A stretch of 64,000 bases of DNA from the human T2T-CHM13v2.0 reference genome, Homo sapiens (GCA_009914755.4 CP068257.2:22784001-22848000), one strand, 5' to 3'; counted from the stretch's first letter, positions 1 through 16,533 are shown. A program made the numbers and translations. The notes: generated by a model not told the origin, from the letters alone.

Positions 1-783
1 TTTAGGATTGTACTGGTGAAGCTTTGTTTCATCTCTTGTTATATGTTTAAAATAATTGCTTCAAGATCTTGATCCCATTTGGTTTAAAATTTCCACTGAA
101 AGCTCTTCTCTGGTCTGCCGCTGATCTCGGTGCAATTATTTTGGCACCTATCAAGTAGAAAATGTTCTCAACTTCAATTTTTCAGTCAGAATTATGGAAG
201 CTGAACAAGTTGAGATATGTATGTTGTTGGCTATTGTTTCTGTTATTGGTCTTCTGTCTGCTTCAATTAGGGCAGAAACAGGATTAATTTTTTTCCTTGC
301 AAATTGGTGTGGATGTTCTGCCACTGCAAGCTTCATCTTCAACATTATCTCATCCCTTCTTAAAGTTAGCTATCTGTTGTAAACTGCTGATTTATTGGGG
401 GCATTGTTTCTATAAAGTTTTCTCTTTTTTTCTTCCACAGAATAGAAAATATGGGAAAATTTCCCACTCACTTTATGAGACTTTTATAACTTTGGAATTA
501 ACTTTATGGGGACATTACAATTCAGGAGAATTACAAGCCAATTTTATTAATGAATGCAAGTAAAATCCTACATAAAATATGAAGACATCAAATGTACCAA
601 TTTATGAAAGGGAAACTGTGATGGACATTACCCATAAACTTTTTATAAGGTATTAATCATGTGATCATTCTTCCACTTAATGATTACCATAAATTTGATG
701 TTTGTTCTTTCTTCAATTTTCACAGATTTCATGTTGCTCTGATAGGGCTTTTGTCAAACCAGTGTCCTCTCCTTGGTGCCTCA

Positions 784-1151
<368 letters not shown>

Positions 1152-4100
1152 AAAGAGAAGAAAAGTTGCAACAAGTTAATATAAGTTTATTTTGGTACAA
1201 AAAATGTTTAAAATTGATACATAAGTTTTATGATAACAATTTTTTATGAACATCTTGAAGACCCTTAGTTTGAGAAGAAAAGAAGAAGTACTACATGGAA
1301 ACATTCACTCAGTTCAAAAATAATGACTATTAAGCAACGGTTCTATGAGAAAGGTACTATTAATTTGTAATGAGAAAGAGCCTATGGATCATCTTATATT
1401 TTTAAAATTGAGGGGACAACAAGAATGTTTACTATAGGGCTATTATAGCACATTCGTGAAAAAGGGAGTCAGAATTTAAAAGAACAACATTGGCAAAGAT
1501 TACTTATTACACTTCATGTTTGTGACCAAGATTTATCAATAGAAAAGTACTCTTATTTTACCTAAAACTTTTAATCCTTAAAGATCTTTACTATGTTATA
1601 TTGCAATTTTCATAAAGATGGCCAAGTAAAAAAATTATAGGGAAACAATGTACTCTGGTTTCAACTAAAGTCAGAAATACTATACTTCAGTAAAGCACAC
1701 TTTAATTAAAATTTAAAGAATTATTTAACACTCCCAATATTTGATCGATTAAAGTTGGCAAAAGTCAGAAAGTATTTGGCATGTAAAATTTCCCTTTAAT
1801 GGTTAGATGTAATGAGGCATTTTTTTAAGTGTTTTAGAATAACCCCTGGGAATACCATCACTAGAAATACTAACTGGAATATTTAGTGAGTAAAGCAAAT
1901 GCCACATTCTTGGGTACCTACAAAAAAAATCTCACTTTCAGAGAGGCACAAATTATGCATCTTATTAATGTGCAGAACTAGATCTACAAATGGGCAATCA
2001 GAAAAAACTGAAAACTCTCAAAAAGCTAAGTTCTTAGGAGAAATGTGTATATTTGGGACAATAGTAAATAACCCCTTAAAAGAAGTAAATCCAGTCCTCA
2101 AAGCAAAAGGGCGAGTCTGAGAGCAAGAGCCCCAGAGAAAGACGCCGGAAGGAAGTCGTAGATGTAGGAAGTGACTGTAGGTTTAGATGAATGGAAAATG
2201 AACTTGCCAGTTCACAGCTATGTCCTTCCCAATTTAGGAGGTTAAGGGCAGGAAAAACATGAGAAACTCTTTTGAGAAGCTGCACAAGCTGACATGGAGG
2301 ATCAAGGATTTCAAAAGCTTTGAATATAAAGAGGTGAGAATTTTTATTTTATTTTTTTACTATTATTCTGGTCTGTTGGTTGAGCTCTGAGGTTAACATC
2401 TTACAACACTTTAAAGTGAAACTAAAACAAACACATCATTTTTAAAATTGGCCATATCCGGAGCCCAGAAAAATATTACAAATAGTAACGTGTCCTTTCG
2501 GACACCTCATAAAAATTTAGGGAAGAGATATATGGAAATACCTTTTAAACACTTGGCAAATAGAATAGGTTTCAATTACATCAGATTATAGTTTTTAGTC
2601 TGACAGTTTGTGTCTGGATGTACAACGGATTAATTTTATTAAGTTTGTTGGAAGAGTTATTGAAACAACAGGTTTCAATTATTTTGTTCTCACTGAAATC
2701 TGTTTCACAAAATGGACCACTGAAATAAGAAAAATGGTTTCAGTTTATTTTAATGTGATTTCCTGAGTGGAGAGAATTTTCTACATATATATGTAAAAGT
2801 CAAGTTATTGCTTATGAATACAGCATTACTTTTTAACTATTCTATTAAAATAATATTCTCTTAGATTTCAATAACATGTAATGTGCACGTATTACACACA
2901 TGAAAAGTCAATTCTCATGGTCACTCACACTAAGGTGAGTGAATATATGACTGTCCTCTGCATGTGATGCTCAGGATATCTCATGAAAATGTACAAATTG
3001 TCATAAATGGAATTTCCTAGCACTGCTATCTTACCATAAAAATGATGTGGTGATAATAGTGGTAAACAAAATTGTCAGAGATCAAATGTGACATATCACT
3101 ATTCATTTAAGGTATAAAATGGCTGTTGATAAGATATTTGGAAATGGATATAGCATGATCATAATACAGAAATTACAAATATTGCTACAAATTACAATTT
3201 TTAGAATTTGTTTTAAGATATTTCATTATCACTAAACAGGCTTCAAATGCCTAGTGAACTGATAAATCCCACTGCCAACTGATTTGTTTCAATATGATGT
3301 GTTCATTGCTTGTATTTGGACCTATTAATAACTTGCAGAGCTAAGAAGTATGTGCTTTCCTTGCATCTTTATTGTACTCCAACTCTATTCCCTGGAAGAT
3401 AGCCAATGTAAAACAATATTAATTTAATACCAACTTAAATTTTGCTTCATACAATTTTCAGTTTATATGAGAAGGTAATTTCTTTATGGATTCTGAGTTA
3501 AAATGAAATTTTAAGATTTCAAAGTTTATTATTGTTATTTCAAAAATTGCGGTTAAAATTTTATCATAAAAATCATACTTAAGAATCATAATCTTCTAAT
3601 ATTAAAAGAAGGAATACAAGGGAACAGGTGATTGAGCTGACCATAGAATATCGTATGAGTGGAAAGTAAAAGCTCTTGGCAGTGTAGAGATAGAACTTGT
3701 TAAAGCAGTTGCAGTTCCGTATGTTGTCTTCTTAAATAGATATGAGATTGGAATTAACTTGTTAGTGATATTCATTTCTAAGAATATCATAGAACGCCAA
3801 AATTGGAAGATTAATTTGGTTGTGATCCCAAGTTCATTGAATAGTATTTTATCTTACTGTGTGTATAAGTAATATGATAATGGTGATGGTCAAAATAGAA
3901 ACCTTGCTTGATGCCATGCATGGTACTAATAAGCATTAGTATGCTCATAAAGCATGAGCATTATGTTATGTAATTCTAACAATCTTATGATGTAGTTATA
4001 ACTATTACCTCATGCTTTTATTTATTAATTTAAATGATATTTATTAAGTACATTTGGTCTTCAATTTTATAGATGGCATAGCTATCATAAATTAAACAAA

Positions 4101-4761
4101 TAAGCTCCTTGGAGTTATAGAGTTTATTCAGGTTTAAAAGTGAGCAAAAACACACAAAAAATAGTAAATGAGGAAATGGAGAAAATAGAGTTATGGTGAG
4201 ATTGGGTAAGTCAACAGATGTAATAGGGAGACATTTTTTCTAAAGCACTGATATTTGAACTGATTTCTGAACTTTTGAATCAGTCATCTGCACAAAATGC
4301 TTGTGGGGATAATTTCAGGCAATTGGAACAGACTGCAGCTATCATGTTGTGAAAAATAAGTGTATATTTTTGACAAATCAAAGATACAGGGGATAGTAAG
4401 AGAAATCTAATGTCTGGATTACCAGAAGAAAAATACAGAATGTAGAAAAATTTATAGTTAATGAACAGATAGAGGTTAAGAATGTTTCTATACTAATGAA
4501 ATAAATGAAAACAATAAAAATATAAGAAATCCACAAAACTCTAAGCAGCATGAAACATGTAAATCTACCACTGCTATTTCTGCAGAAAGCAAAGGCAAAT
4601 AGGAGATATTTTTAAAGCCAGAAACAAAAAGATAAATAATTCTAATGCTGCAAATGCTGTATACTGAATGCAGTCTGCCATGTACTAAAAAAATATTACT
4701 ACCTATAATAATACCCTTTTGTAATTAAGGTAATATGTATACATTTGAAAGCCAAAAGAGA

Positions 4762-4812
4762 GAGGAAAGAGAAGAGAGAGAGGATAAGAAGGAGAAGGAG
4801 AGAGAGAAAATT
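4762..4812. repeat. Purine-rich (GA/GAA)n-like simple repeat
   Basis: gagagaggaaagagaagagagagaggataagaaggagaaggagagagagaaaa, a homopurine tract. Confidence 0.8.
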
Positions 4813-5254
4813 TGTAACCAGCATAATTATACTGAAGGAAATACTAGAATGTATTGTTCATGCAGGTGAAAAGTTAAAGATAAATATTCTATGTTCAAAT
4901 AAATTTTGACTATATAAAACCAAAAGAGCAATATTATTTAAAATTTATAATATAGACTTAATTAAGGCACAGCAAAATGATAGGATATTCTTGTGGAGGG
5001 GGAAATAAAAGGGCAGTTCATTGTTTAGAGAAGAATAAAAAGTAGTCAGCAATGTAAGACTCTTATAAGTCTGAGATACTTTGATGTGAAGTTCCTTATG
5101 GAACAATTACTATTAAATGGTAATAAAATATTGTGTATAACATCGAAACAGAATAGAAGCAGAAAAAACAAAAAAGATACAGAATAAGGAAAACAAAGAG
5201 AGAAAAAATATATCATTAGAGGAACAAATAGAAAGCACTTATTATATTTATGTA

Positions 5255-5332
5255 TAATTATGTTATATACATATATACACACATCTATATGTATATATAT
5301 ACACATACATATATATATATATATAAAATTAC
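5255..5332. repeat. (TA)n/(CA)n compound microsatellite
   Basis: atatatacacacatctatatgtatatatatacacatacatatatatatatatataaaa. Confidence 0.85.
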
Positions 5333-7082
5333 ATTAATTGGCCAATGAAAAATACTTCCAAAATGGAAAAAAAAAACCCTAAGTTATTTAGAAGAGAAAC
5401 ACTGAATCATAACCACAGCAAATTTACAAATAAAAACAATGAAAAAGAATATTCCAATCAAACATTAACCTATATTAATGCCAGATGAACTAATTTTAAG
5501 ACAAAAATACATTGCTAGAGATGAATGGAATGTTTAATATTGATAATAAAATGAATTCCTAAAAGGTTGTAAGAAATATATAAGAACTTAATGATACTAT
5601 TTTAAAATGCAGACTCACTAATTTACAGAAAACCAAGGGGAAATAGACAAACCGACAATTTCAGCAAAATATTTCTTAGTAATTAATAAAATAATAAAAT
5701 AGTAAAATATTTCAAAATGTTAATTGATAAATCAGTAATAAAAGATAACTAGATTGTCCTTACAAACTTGGAAATCAACAAATAAAAGACTAAACAATCC
5801 ATTACCTGTAAATTCATAATAGAATTAAAAAATATCTCTAACTGAATTATACCAAAGTAATACAGGTGATGACTTGAAGAATGCACAAAAGCAGTATAAA
5901 GACAAAAATACATAGCAGTAATGACCAGTAATAGGTATGCAACATAAATGAGAAAATTAATCTATCCCATCTATCTCAGAAAGTTAGGATTGAAAAAATT
6001 GACCTATAGAATGCAGAAAGAAGGGAATGATAATGATGAAATCAAAGTAAAGAAAAAGGAAAAAACAAAGCACACAATGGAGAGAATGAACAAAATAAAA
6101 AATAGTTATTTGGAAAGGTTTTAAAATATATAATAATCTGGTGTGGTTAAACATAACCACATTTTTACCTCTCCCTTTTTTTTTTCCTTCAGAAAGAACA
6201 CATCTAAGGTTTTTCTTTAATGGGATTAAATTAGTGACAAGATTCTCTTTCTCCCTCCCTCTGTCTCTTTCTATCTCTCCAATATCTACGTTTTCTAACC
6301 CTGTCTTTTCCAATCTCACTAATACCTAAGTTTTCTAAATGGAACTAGCACTGTTTTGTGTCTGAAACCTTCTCATTTTAAAAATGCACTGGTGATGTAT
6401 CCTATCTGAGCCACTAATGCCTGGTAGCCAGATAGGAGAATGAAAAAAGGTTATGAATTGATTGGTGGAGAGTGAGTATGGAAGAAGGAGACAGATGGGA
6501 ATGCTAGTTAATAAACATGAATTCTGGAAACAATGACAAATGGAGAATGCTTTGTCCTGACTTTGTTTCATGTAAGGGTTAGGCCTGGTTTTTCCTTTGG
6601 TACTTGCTGAGCAACCGCAATTCATAATTATTTCTCCTCCTTACAGAGAAAGGTTTAAATTAGATTTTTCATGAAGTGATTTCTAGGCCTAAAGCTCCAT
6701 GAAATAAGCTAAACCCATTTTTAAGTGTGTACAGCATGTGCATGTTGAATGTCCTCAAATTACTAGTTATATTACTATGGTCAATTATACTTGGCAATTG
6801 TGCTTAATTGAAGGTGAAAACACATTAGGTTTTTAATTTAAAAGCCATAGGTAAAACCACTCTAAACGTCCTATTTGGATCTCAGACCTGGTGATGCTTT
6901 TCTCTATAGACTGGAATTTTACAGTACATTAACCTGTTCATTCACATAATTAGAACAATAACCGAATGAGCTGTTGTATCAGGTAATACATGATAGCAAT
7001 TCCATTCATCTCTACTGAAATTTAGATTATGAACATGAAACCACATTTGAAGAAACTCAGAGAAAAATATATGCATAAAACA

Positions 7083-7399
7083 TATGTGGTGGCTCATGCC
7101 TGTAATCCCAGAACATCAAGAGGCCAGAATGGTAGGATTGCTTGAGGCCAAGAGTTCGAGATCAGCCTGAGCAATATAGTGAGATACTGTCCCTACCAAA
7201 AATAAATAAATAAATAAATACATAAACAATAAAATTAGCTGGGCATGGTGGTGCACCTGTTATCCTTGCTACTCAAGAAGCTGAGGTGAGAGGCTTGCTT
7301 AAGCCCAGGAGTTCCAGGTTACTGTGAGCTATTATGTCACTGCACTATAGCTTGGATGACAGAGCAAGGCCCCATCTACAAAAATAAAACTTAAAAAAA
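7083..7399 (+). mobile_element. Alu SINE, full length
   Basis: tggtggctcatgcctgtaatcccag ... agttcgagatcagcctgagcaatatagtgagat ... (AAAT)n linker ... attagctgggcatggtggtgcacctgt ... gcactatagcttggatgacagagcaaggcc, then an A-rich tail. Confidence 0.9.
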
Positions 7400-7814
7400 T
7401 GCATAGGGCATATTTTTTCCTCTTGAACACTTTCAATCAGATTATGGTGATACAAATCATCAAAACATCAATGACAGGAACTGTTAGTTTCTGCAGACTG
7501 CCCTTTCCTCATTTCCTTCAACACTCCATACTTCTACAAGTTGCCACATGCTGTTTCTGAAATAGTTCTCACATCTGTCTCCTTCTCTCCAGCACTGCTG
7601 GCTCACTATGGTCAGTTTCTACCTCCAGTGTCAAGACCCTCACATTCATCTTTCACACTGTTAATAAAATCATCTTCACCAGGTCATACCCTCGTTCAAA
7701 GGACCTCTAGTAACCTTCCGATTTTAGGCTAACTCCACATGCTTAGTGCCATCTCCCAGCCTTGATCCCTTTGTTTTCTGTCCTCAGATGTATTTCTTAC
7801 CATCTGAGAAACCA

Positions 7815-8210
7815 GATGTGTTTCTTTTTTTTTTTTTTAACTTATTTTAGGTTTGGGGGTACATGTGAATGTTTGTTACATAGGTAAACATGTGTCACAG
7901 GGGTTTGCTGTACATATTATTTCATCACCCAGGTAGTAAGCCCAGTACCCAATAGGTATCTTTTCTGTTCCTCTCCCTACTCCCACCCTCCACTCTCAAA
8001 TAGACCCCAGTTTCTGTCGTTTCCTTCTCTGTGTTCTTCAGTTCTTATCATTTAGCTCCAACTTAAACGTGGGAACATGTGGTATTTGGTTTTATGTTCC
8101 TGTGTTAGTTTGCTAAGGATAGTAGCCTCCAGCTCCATCCATGTTCCCTCAAAAGTCATGATCTCACTTTTTTATGGCTGCATAATATTCCAACCATAAT
8201 AGTGTTAATA
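7815..8210 (-). mobile_element. L1 LINE 3' end fragment (minus orientation; poly-T is the reverse-complemented poly-A tail)
   Basis: The T-run at 7815-7835 is followed by acttattttaggtttgggggtacatgtgaatgtttgttacataggtaaacatgtgtcacaggggtttg ... tttatggctgcataatattcca. This is the reverse complement of the L1 3'UTR and ORF2 C-terminal region (gggtacatgtgcacaacgtgcaggtttgttacata...). It is moderately diverged. Confidence 0.8.
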
Positions 8211-8303
8211 TTGCTGAGGTCATGGCCATTATCAACCCTAGTTCTGCATATCAAGGAGAATACATGGAAAGGCAAAGATGTTGCACTAGCATATTTAATT
8301 TTA

Positions 8304-9031
<728 letters not shown>

Positions 9032-9519
9032 TAATATCAACACTGAAAAAAACAATGATACCTGCTTCTTGTTATCCCATATATATTTCCATCATCTGAG
9101 AATAAGTCAAAATTACTGTAAGTCAAAACTTTCTTTGCATACTCTTTTCATCAAATGCATTCACTGAGCCCCTTAGGAGGGATGAAGTACCTCCCAACAT
9201 CTCAGAAGCAGAATAACGAAACGTTTTGCTTATATGATTTTCTCTACATCCATCCCACACACATACACAAGAGAACAATAACATCTCAGTGGTTTAACAC
9301 TATATGTTTAACTTCTAGGTCGTGGCACACTTCAATGAAGATTGTCTATTTCACATGAGTGGCAATCCTTGAAGTAACAACCTGTTTTTACAGTCTCCTT
9401 ACCTCTTTGATGCCACTGTTTCCAGCATGTGACCCCCATGGTCACCACACAAAGGGCAGAAAGAATATAAAATATCTTTGAAGCCCAGTGGAAACTTCAG
9501 ACTGAATCTGGGTATTGTA

Positions 9520-9598
9520 TTAGGTTGGTGCAAAAGTAATTGTGATTTTCGCTATTACTTTGCATTGCAAAAACCGTAATTACCTTTCCACCAATCTG
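9520..9598. mobile_element. MADE1 (Hsmar1-derived mariner MITE), about 80 bp
   Basis: ttaggttggtgcaaaagtaattgtgattttcgctattactttgcattgcaaaaaccgtaattacctttccaccaatctga. It matches the MADE1 palindrome TTAGGTTGGTGCAAAAGTAATTGCGG....CCGCAATTACTTTTGCACCAACCTAA, with a degraded right arm. Confidence 0.8.
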
Positions 9599-10350
9599 AT
9601 ATTATAAAGGCTTGGTATTCATATTATATGCAAATTTACAATATAAAATCTAAGAAAAAATCCTCTATCAGTTTGTAAGTTTCCTCTTTCTCTTATAACA
9701 GGTTGCCACAAATGTAATAACTTTAAAGAACACAGATTTATTATTTCTCAGTTCTGTAGGCCAAACATCCAAGCTGGCTCAGCTGGTTTCTTTGTTTTCA
9801 GTTTCACAAGGGCAAAATCAAGCTGTTGGCTGGCTTGGCTCTTTGTCAGGAGACTCTTGGAAGAACTGGCTCTTATGCCCATTCAAGTTGTTGCTCAAAT
9901 CCGGTGCCCAGTGGTTGTAAAACTGCAGTCCCTGTTTCCTTAATGGCCAGCAGTCAATCTAGCCTACAGAGGCCTCCTACCTCCTCACACTTCAAGACTC
10001 TCTCACCTTCCTTTCTTCCTCTTGTGTTCTGACTTCATCTTCTGACATATCTCTCAGCCCCTAACCAAAGAAAAATTATCTGTCTTTATGGCTTCTGTGA
10101 TTATGTTGAACACATCTGAATAATTAAGAGTAATGTCGTTATTTTAAGGGGAGCTGATTCACTTTAGTTACATCTGCAAAGTCCCCTGACAGCAGTACTG
10201 AGATTTGTGTTTGGATTAATTCCCTGAAAATGGGAATCTTTAGAACTCTGCTTACCATAATCAGTAACACTAACTTGAACTACAACCACACAATTTATTT
10301 ATTTATAGTCACCCTAATCTTTCATAACAAAAACGTACAAATAATTCTAT

Positions 10351-10485
10351 GGTTAGGCACAATGGTTCATGCCTGTAACTCCAGCACTTTGGGAGGCCGA
10401 TGCTGGAGGATTGCTTGAGCCTAGAAGTTCGTGATCAGCCTGGACAACAATACGAGACCTCACCCCTTAAAAAAAATGAAAAAAT
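10351..10485 (+). mobile_element. Alu monomer-like element (FLAM/FRAM-type)
   Basis: ggttaggcacaatggttcatgcctgtaactccagcactttgggaggccgatgctggaggattgcttgagcctagaagttcgtgatcagcctggacaacaatacgagacctcacccc followed by an A-run. It has only a left-monomer-like half with no second monomer. Confidence 0.7.
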
Positions 10486-12391
10486 ACACACAGATGTTTT
10501 AAAACAAATACAGAAGCTTAAAGTCATTCATGTAAATACATAGATTTAAGAAGTAAATTTAAACTTTAAAGTGATAGTCCTTATTGAGATATATATTATT
10601 ATGAAACTTGCGGATGAGTACATAATCATAATATATGAGCGATTAGCAGGAGGCAAAAAAAATCCTCTGTAGTAATATATAACAGAATTTGGGATATAAT
10701 GGAAAGTCCCCTTTAATACTTATACTTTAAAGTATCAGCATCTAAAAGATAAATTGACAGACAAAGATGAGACAGAAAGGAAGATACCAGTAAAAATACC
10801 CAAGAATGGATCATTGAGAATCCAAGCAGAAAGGATGTTACAGTAAATAGCACGCTTGAAAAATAAAAAGTTGAGTTAACTGTTGTATTGTTACTACACT
10901 TTTCCCTTGGGTAAGGGTAGTATTATTAAGGTATTTATTTACATACCCTATGATGATATTTTAAGAACAAAGTTAAAGTCCATAATAGAGAGGACTTTAT
11001 TTACAAGACTCACTTTTGCAATTGGTTAAATTCTTTCATATATAATGTTAAGAGGTAAAAGAAGAAAATGGTCCAAATAATTGAAATAAAACAATTTGTA
11101 TGCATCCACTAGCAAAAAAGGCAAAACAAAGCAACAACAACAACAATAAAAAACTGTTTAAAGTTTCAGTCAGCTATAATTATGTTTTACACTCATCAAA
11201 TTAATGGGGTAATTGTTCCACCTATATATTTAAAAGTGTACATTTGCAGATAATGATTTATTGACTTTTTGGATATATGTAATTATAAGTAGTTAATGCT
11301 GGGATTGAGTGAGGTGTCCAAGAGGCTTATTAGGGGTTAATACCTGTGAAAGATAAAAATGAGGACAAATTGGAGTTGGAGAAAGAAATTCTTCGACTGC
11401 AATGCGTATATGATACATGTAAGAAAAGGAAGAAAAGCAGAAAACAGACTCTGTCCCCCTCCCCACCTCCCCCCCCAAAAAAAAGAACGTGTTCTTAGTG
11501 GAAATGCCATTAACCAATGCCTCAGCATAGCAAGATTGACAGAATTAAAATATTTTTGTCAAAAGTGGAATTCCTTTAATGGGTATTTTCTTCTCTTAAC
11601 CTCTTTGGAGACCTGGCAAAACCTCTCAGAGCTGCCCTGCTCTTCTTACTCCAATCTTTCTTCCTTTTCTCTCTCCCTTCACAGGTGTCAGACTTACATC
11701 AGAGCCTGAGACTTGACATGCCTATTTTTGCACTCGCTCATTTTTCAAATTTCATAGGCATTGCTCCCTCCAAATCACCGCTCTTCTAATTTTATCCTGG
11801 AGTGTGCATCCCAGAAGACATAAGCTGACACAATTGGGAACTGAAGTTGCTTGAAAAAGCTGGTGGTAAGATTAGGTAAAATAATTGTGTTACCACCTTC
11901 TGAATGGCAATCAATATTGCATCCTAAGTAGCATGTTTGGTTGGGTGCAGATAGTTTTTGAAACTAGGTGGTGACCCAACTTACAAATATGTCACCAGTG
12001 GTGACCTAGGAAAACAGTCTGATATAAGGGAAAGCTCTTCTCAGTGAGGTGATTTAGACATTTGAAAGGGCAAGGGCAATGAATGGGGTATGCATGTTAG
12101 GATAATGAAATTAACTTCTAAAGCCTAAGGTGTATTGAGATACCACAAAGAAATGATAAAAAAAAAAAAAACTGGTGCCATTGCACAAATAATATTTAAC
12201 AGTGAAAGTTGGCCTCTTATACAGCTTATAAGGAGTGTAAGAAAGGATACAGCTGAGATGCGAGTACAGGTCTTAGTAGAGTCACAGAGCTCCAAATATG
12301 TTGAAATGATTAGCTAAATTAGATCTGTCATGCTGTAATCAGGTCCTAATTGAGAAAATCTGAAACTCTAAAATATGGCATGCTATATCTA

Positions 12392-12724
<333 letters not shown>

Positions 12725-12796
12725 TTGTTTATATTTAATATGTGCAACATGTTTTTGGCCCACCCTTCTTAAGTAAGAGTTTACGTTTCTACCATG

Positions 12797-13166
12797 TTGC
12801 ATTAGTCTGTTTTCACACTGCTATAAAGATACTACCTAAGACTGGGTAATTTATAATCAAAAGAGGTTTATTTTTCTCAAAGTTCTGCAAGGGGAGGCCT
12901 CAGGAAACTTACAATCATGGTGGAAGGCAAAGGGGAGGCAGACACCATCTTCATACAGTATCAGGAGAGAGACAGAGATAGAGAACTCAGGGGAAACTGC
13001 CATTTTTAAACCATCAGACCTTGTGAGAACTCCCTCACTATCACGAGAAGAGCATGGGGAAACCTCCCCCATGATCCAATCACCTCCCACGAGGTTCTTC
13101 TGTAGACACGTGGGGATTACAATTCCAAATGAAATTTGGGTGCGGACACAGAGCCAAACCATATCA
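12797..13166 (-). mobile_element. Solo LTR of ERVL-MaLR (MST/THE1-type), minus orientation
   Basis: tgcattagtctgttttcacactgctataaagatactacctaagactgggtaatttataa ... ggcctcaggaaacttacaatcatggtggaaggcaaagggg ... catgatccaatcacctcccacgagg ... ggggattacaattccaaatgaaatttgggtgcggacacagagccaaaccatatca. This is the reverse complement of the MaLR LTR consensus. Confidence 0.75.
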
Positions 13167-14322
13167 CATGTGAAAAGACCCTTTACAATTCACTTCCTCA
13201 TAAGGCAATAGATGTTTCCTATAGGAATGTGGCCTACCTTGTGTCCTAGATGTTAACCAATAATTACCATTAATTTCCAGTATAAGCCATCTGGCAATAT
13301 GCTGGGCCTCAAAGAGAAATATGACTAAAGTATATTTTGAGACTTCTTCATCAAGGGACCTAGAATGTAAAATGGATAAGTAATAAATCACTAACTAGAG
13401 GCCCTTTATGAAACACAAGATTTAACATTTGGTTTAGAACCTTAGGGTGTAGGGCAAATTCACTCCACAGTTAAGTAGAAGCCTAGAAAATGTAATCGTC
13501 TATGCTACATGAAGTTTAAATATATGTTTCTATGCCAGATGGTAGAGGAAGGAATTTTTAAAAAGCTCAGAAAAGTAGCTGTGATAAAATGAGGTTGTGT
13601 GAGGCCATGAAACTTACCAGATGATTGTCATATATGAGAGGTCCCAGAAGACCCACTATTCACTAAGATCATCAGAAATATGCTGTTAATTAGGGCACCA
13701 ACATCATAAAAGATTAGCTATCTTTTGCAGATCAGGACTGATGGTAGAAGAGGTAGTCACAGGGTTTAGTTTGTTAATAGTGATGGAGAATATGACATCC
13801 TGGATCAACAGAGACCAGATGGTGGCACATAACCACAGAATTCATAAGAATTGGCAAAGTCAGAAAGTCAGACACTGGGAGTTGTAGTGACAGTGGAAGC
13901 TGTCTTCTTTAGAAGTAAAAAATAAGGTTCTATTTAATATCTACACTCAGAAGAGGGTAAGAGGGTGATGAGAGTCATCCCAATAAAAATCGTGGTTCTT
14001 TGCTCTATTCCTGGACCAGTTACAATTTGGATACCCAAAGTCTCATTGTGGATCCCCTTTTTCAGTCTGGAATTACAGGGACCATATAATAAATGAGGTC
14101 CAGTAGGTGCGCTGCTGGGATTGATGTTCTTAGCAGTTGGAGTAACCAATAGTAAGAGCTATAGCAGCAGGAAGGACTGGGAATATATTAGCATCTTAAT
14201 GGGGATGACAGGGCCTGTAAGTACAAGTACTGGAACTTCAAGGACAAGGAGTACTGTGTTAGAGGAATATGGAGGCAGCATATATAACAAAGTGGACAAC
14301 AGATTGTCCATATGCTGACAGT

Positions 14323-14450
14323 ATTTGGTTTGTTTGTTTGTTTGTTTTGAGACTGAGTCCCACTCTGTCAGCCAGACTGGAGTGCAGTGGCTCACTGCAA
14401 CCTCCGCCTCCCAGGTTCAAGCGATTCTCCTGCCTCAGTCTCTGACTGTA
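14323..14450 (-). mobile_element. Alu fragment (right-arm portion only, about 125 bp)
   Basis: (GTTT)n then gagactgagtcccactctgtcagccagactggagtgcagtggctcactgcaacctccgcctcccaggttcaagcgattctcctgcctcagtctc. It breaks off before the left monomer. Confidence 0.8.
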
Positions 14451-16184
14451 TTTGTTTTTGGACACCCCAGGACACACCAATATAAACGGAGTCATAACAG
14501 TGGCAGAGATGGGGTTAAGCATGGTTCCAAGTACAGAGACTTTTATACTTTCCAAGACCAATTTATTTACTAATGTTTACAATCCTTGCATATTTAACAG
14601 GGATCAGCATCATATATCACTATTTCTCAAAGATTATCTGGTCTCTTGATGGCAAATCTACAATATTGAAACCTTTGAAAGAGAAATTGTGTTTTGTGAG
14701 TTACATGACTACCGTTTGCATCCAAGGTCTCCTCTGTAGTCAAGAGAAGAATGCAGAAACTACATGTCCAAGAATCTCTTTCCAGGTTAGAGTTTACCAG
14801 TGGGATTAAATCATGTGAATATTGGAAGGAAGAGAAAAACAAATTCCGATATTCTCAGGCAAGCATTGTGACCAGAGGTAGAAACTCATGGCAGCCAGAT
14901 GAGGTGGCTGCATAGACTTCTTTGCAAACTCTCATTTCATGGTTGTATTGTCAAGAGTTCTGCATCTCAAACCTTTTTACAGAGGATACACAGCTCAATT
15001 AAAAATTTTAAGGGATAGTATACTGAACACATTTTCCAATAAAACTTATTTTATTTTAGCTTGAATTTCTCCACATATAAAATTTATAGAAAATGGATAT
15101 ATTCTATTGATGATTATAATTTAACCTTTAGATGAATTATTTGTTAACATCTTGCATCTTGATACAAACATTATTCTTCATATAATCACTTTATTTTTGT
15201 GTTTAACTGAGGCCCTGTTGTTACAGACTCTAGACAGCTTATACGTATTTGGACAAGGCAACGTGATGAAGAAATAATATAATTGTAGGATCACCTCTGT
15301 CCAGTAGCTGTTATCCAACATCTGCATACTTAGATTTCTGGAGAGGTAGGTAAACTACTGTATTAGAAAACACTAGAAGTGCATGATTGTATTTTTCATG
15401 TCCAAAGTCTAACACATTAAAAGAGAAAAGGATTCGAAAATTATCTACTTTGAAAGTTTTAAACAAAAGTGAATTTTCTTGGTTAAATATCCTATTTAAT
15501 TGCCTTTCTAAAAATAGCCTAAATGTCCATTGTTTGATATATGTGGTGAGATATTTTTTAAAGTACTTAATTATAATGTTTTATTTGATGAGACTAGCTA
15601 TTTGGTATTTTTTTAAATGGAAAGGGGGCAAACATACTTAATAAAATGCAAAAATAGTACTGGAAAAATATTTTAAATGATTGCTAAGTATTTTAGTGAA
15701 TACCTAATTGCATTAATTTGCTGAGACTGCCATAACAAAATAAGACACATTAAATGGCTTGAACAACATAAATTATTTTCACACAATTCTGGAGGCCAGA
15801 AGTTTAAGAACATGGTGTCTGCAGGTTTGACTCCTCCTGAGGCTTTTCCACTCTGCTTGCAGTTGTGTGCTTTCTCACTGTATCCTCACACTGTCTCCCT
15901 CTGTCTGTGTGTTCTACAATCTAATCTCCTCTTCTTACAAGGATACCAGTCATATTAAATTAAATCTGCACCCTAACGACCTAATTTAATTTAATTAGCT
16001 CCTTAAATATTTTATCTCCAAATACAGTTACATTCTGAAGTACTACAGATTAGGACTTCAACATATTAATTCTGGGGGGAGGGACACAATTCAACTCATA
16101 GCACTTGTGTTGTTCATCTCATAGAAATATAACTTTCTATGGGTCTTTCACAACAATGAATGTTAGATGAATGCTATGGTTTGA

Positions 16185-16533
<349 letters not shown>

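Noticed and set aside
3950-4100. A possible MIR or ancient SINE fragment (ttacctcatgcttttatttatt...ttttatagatggcatagc)
   Set aside because: The resemblance to the MIR core (ttttacagatgaggaaactgagg) is too weak to call by eye. It needs an nhmmer or Dfam search.
4100-6150. A-rich segments (also 33440-34440 and 34960-35300) that look like very old L1 (L1M) ORF1/ORF2 debris
   Set aside because: They are plausible from composition and scattered short matches (for example tttgcctatccatttatcattttgacattttagcttattcc versus the L1 antisense catttgggttg region). But I could not align them convincingly without tools, so I have not listed them as features.
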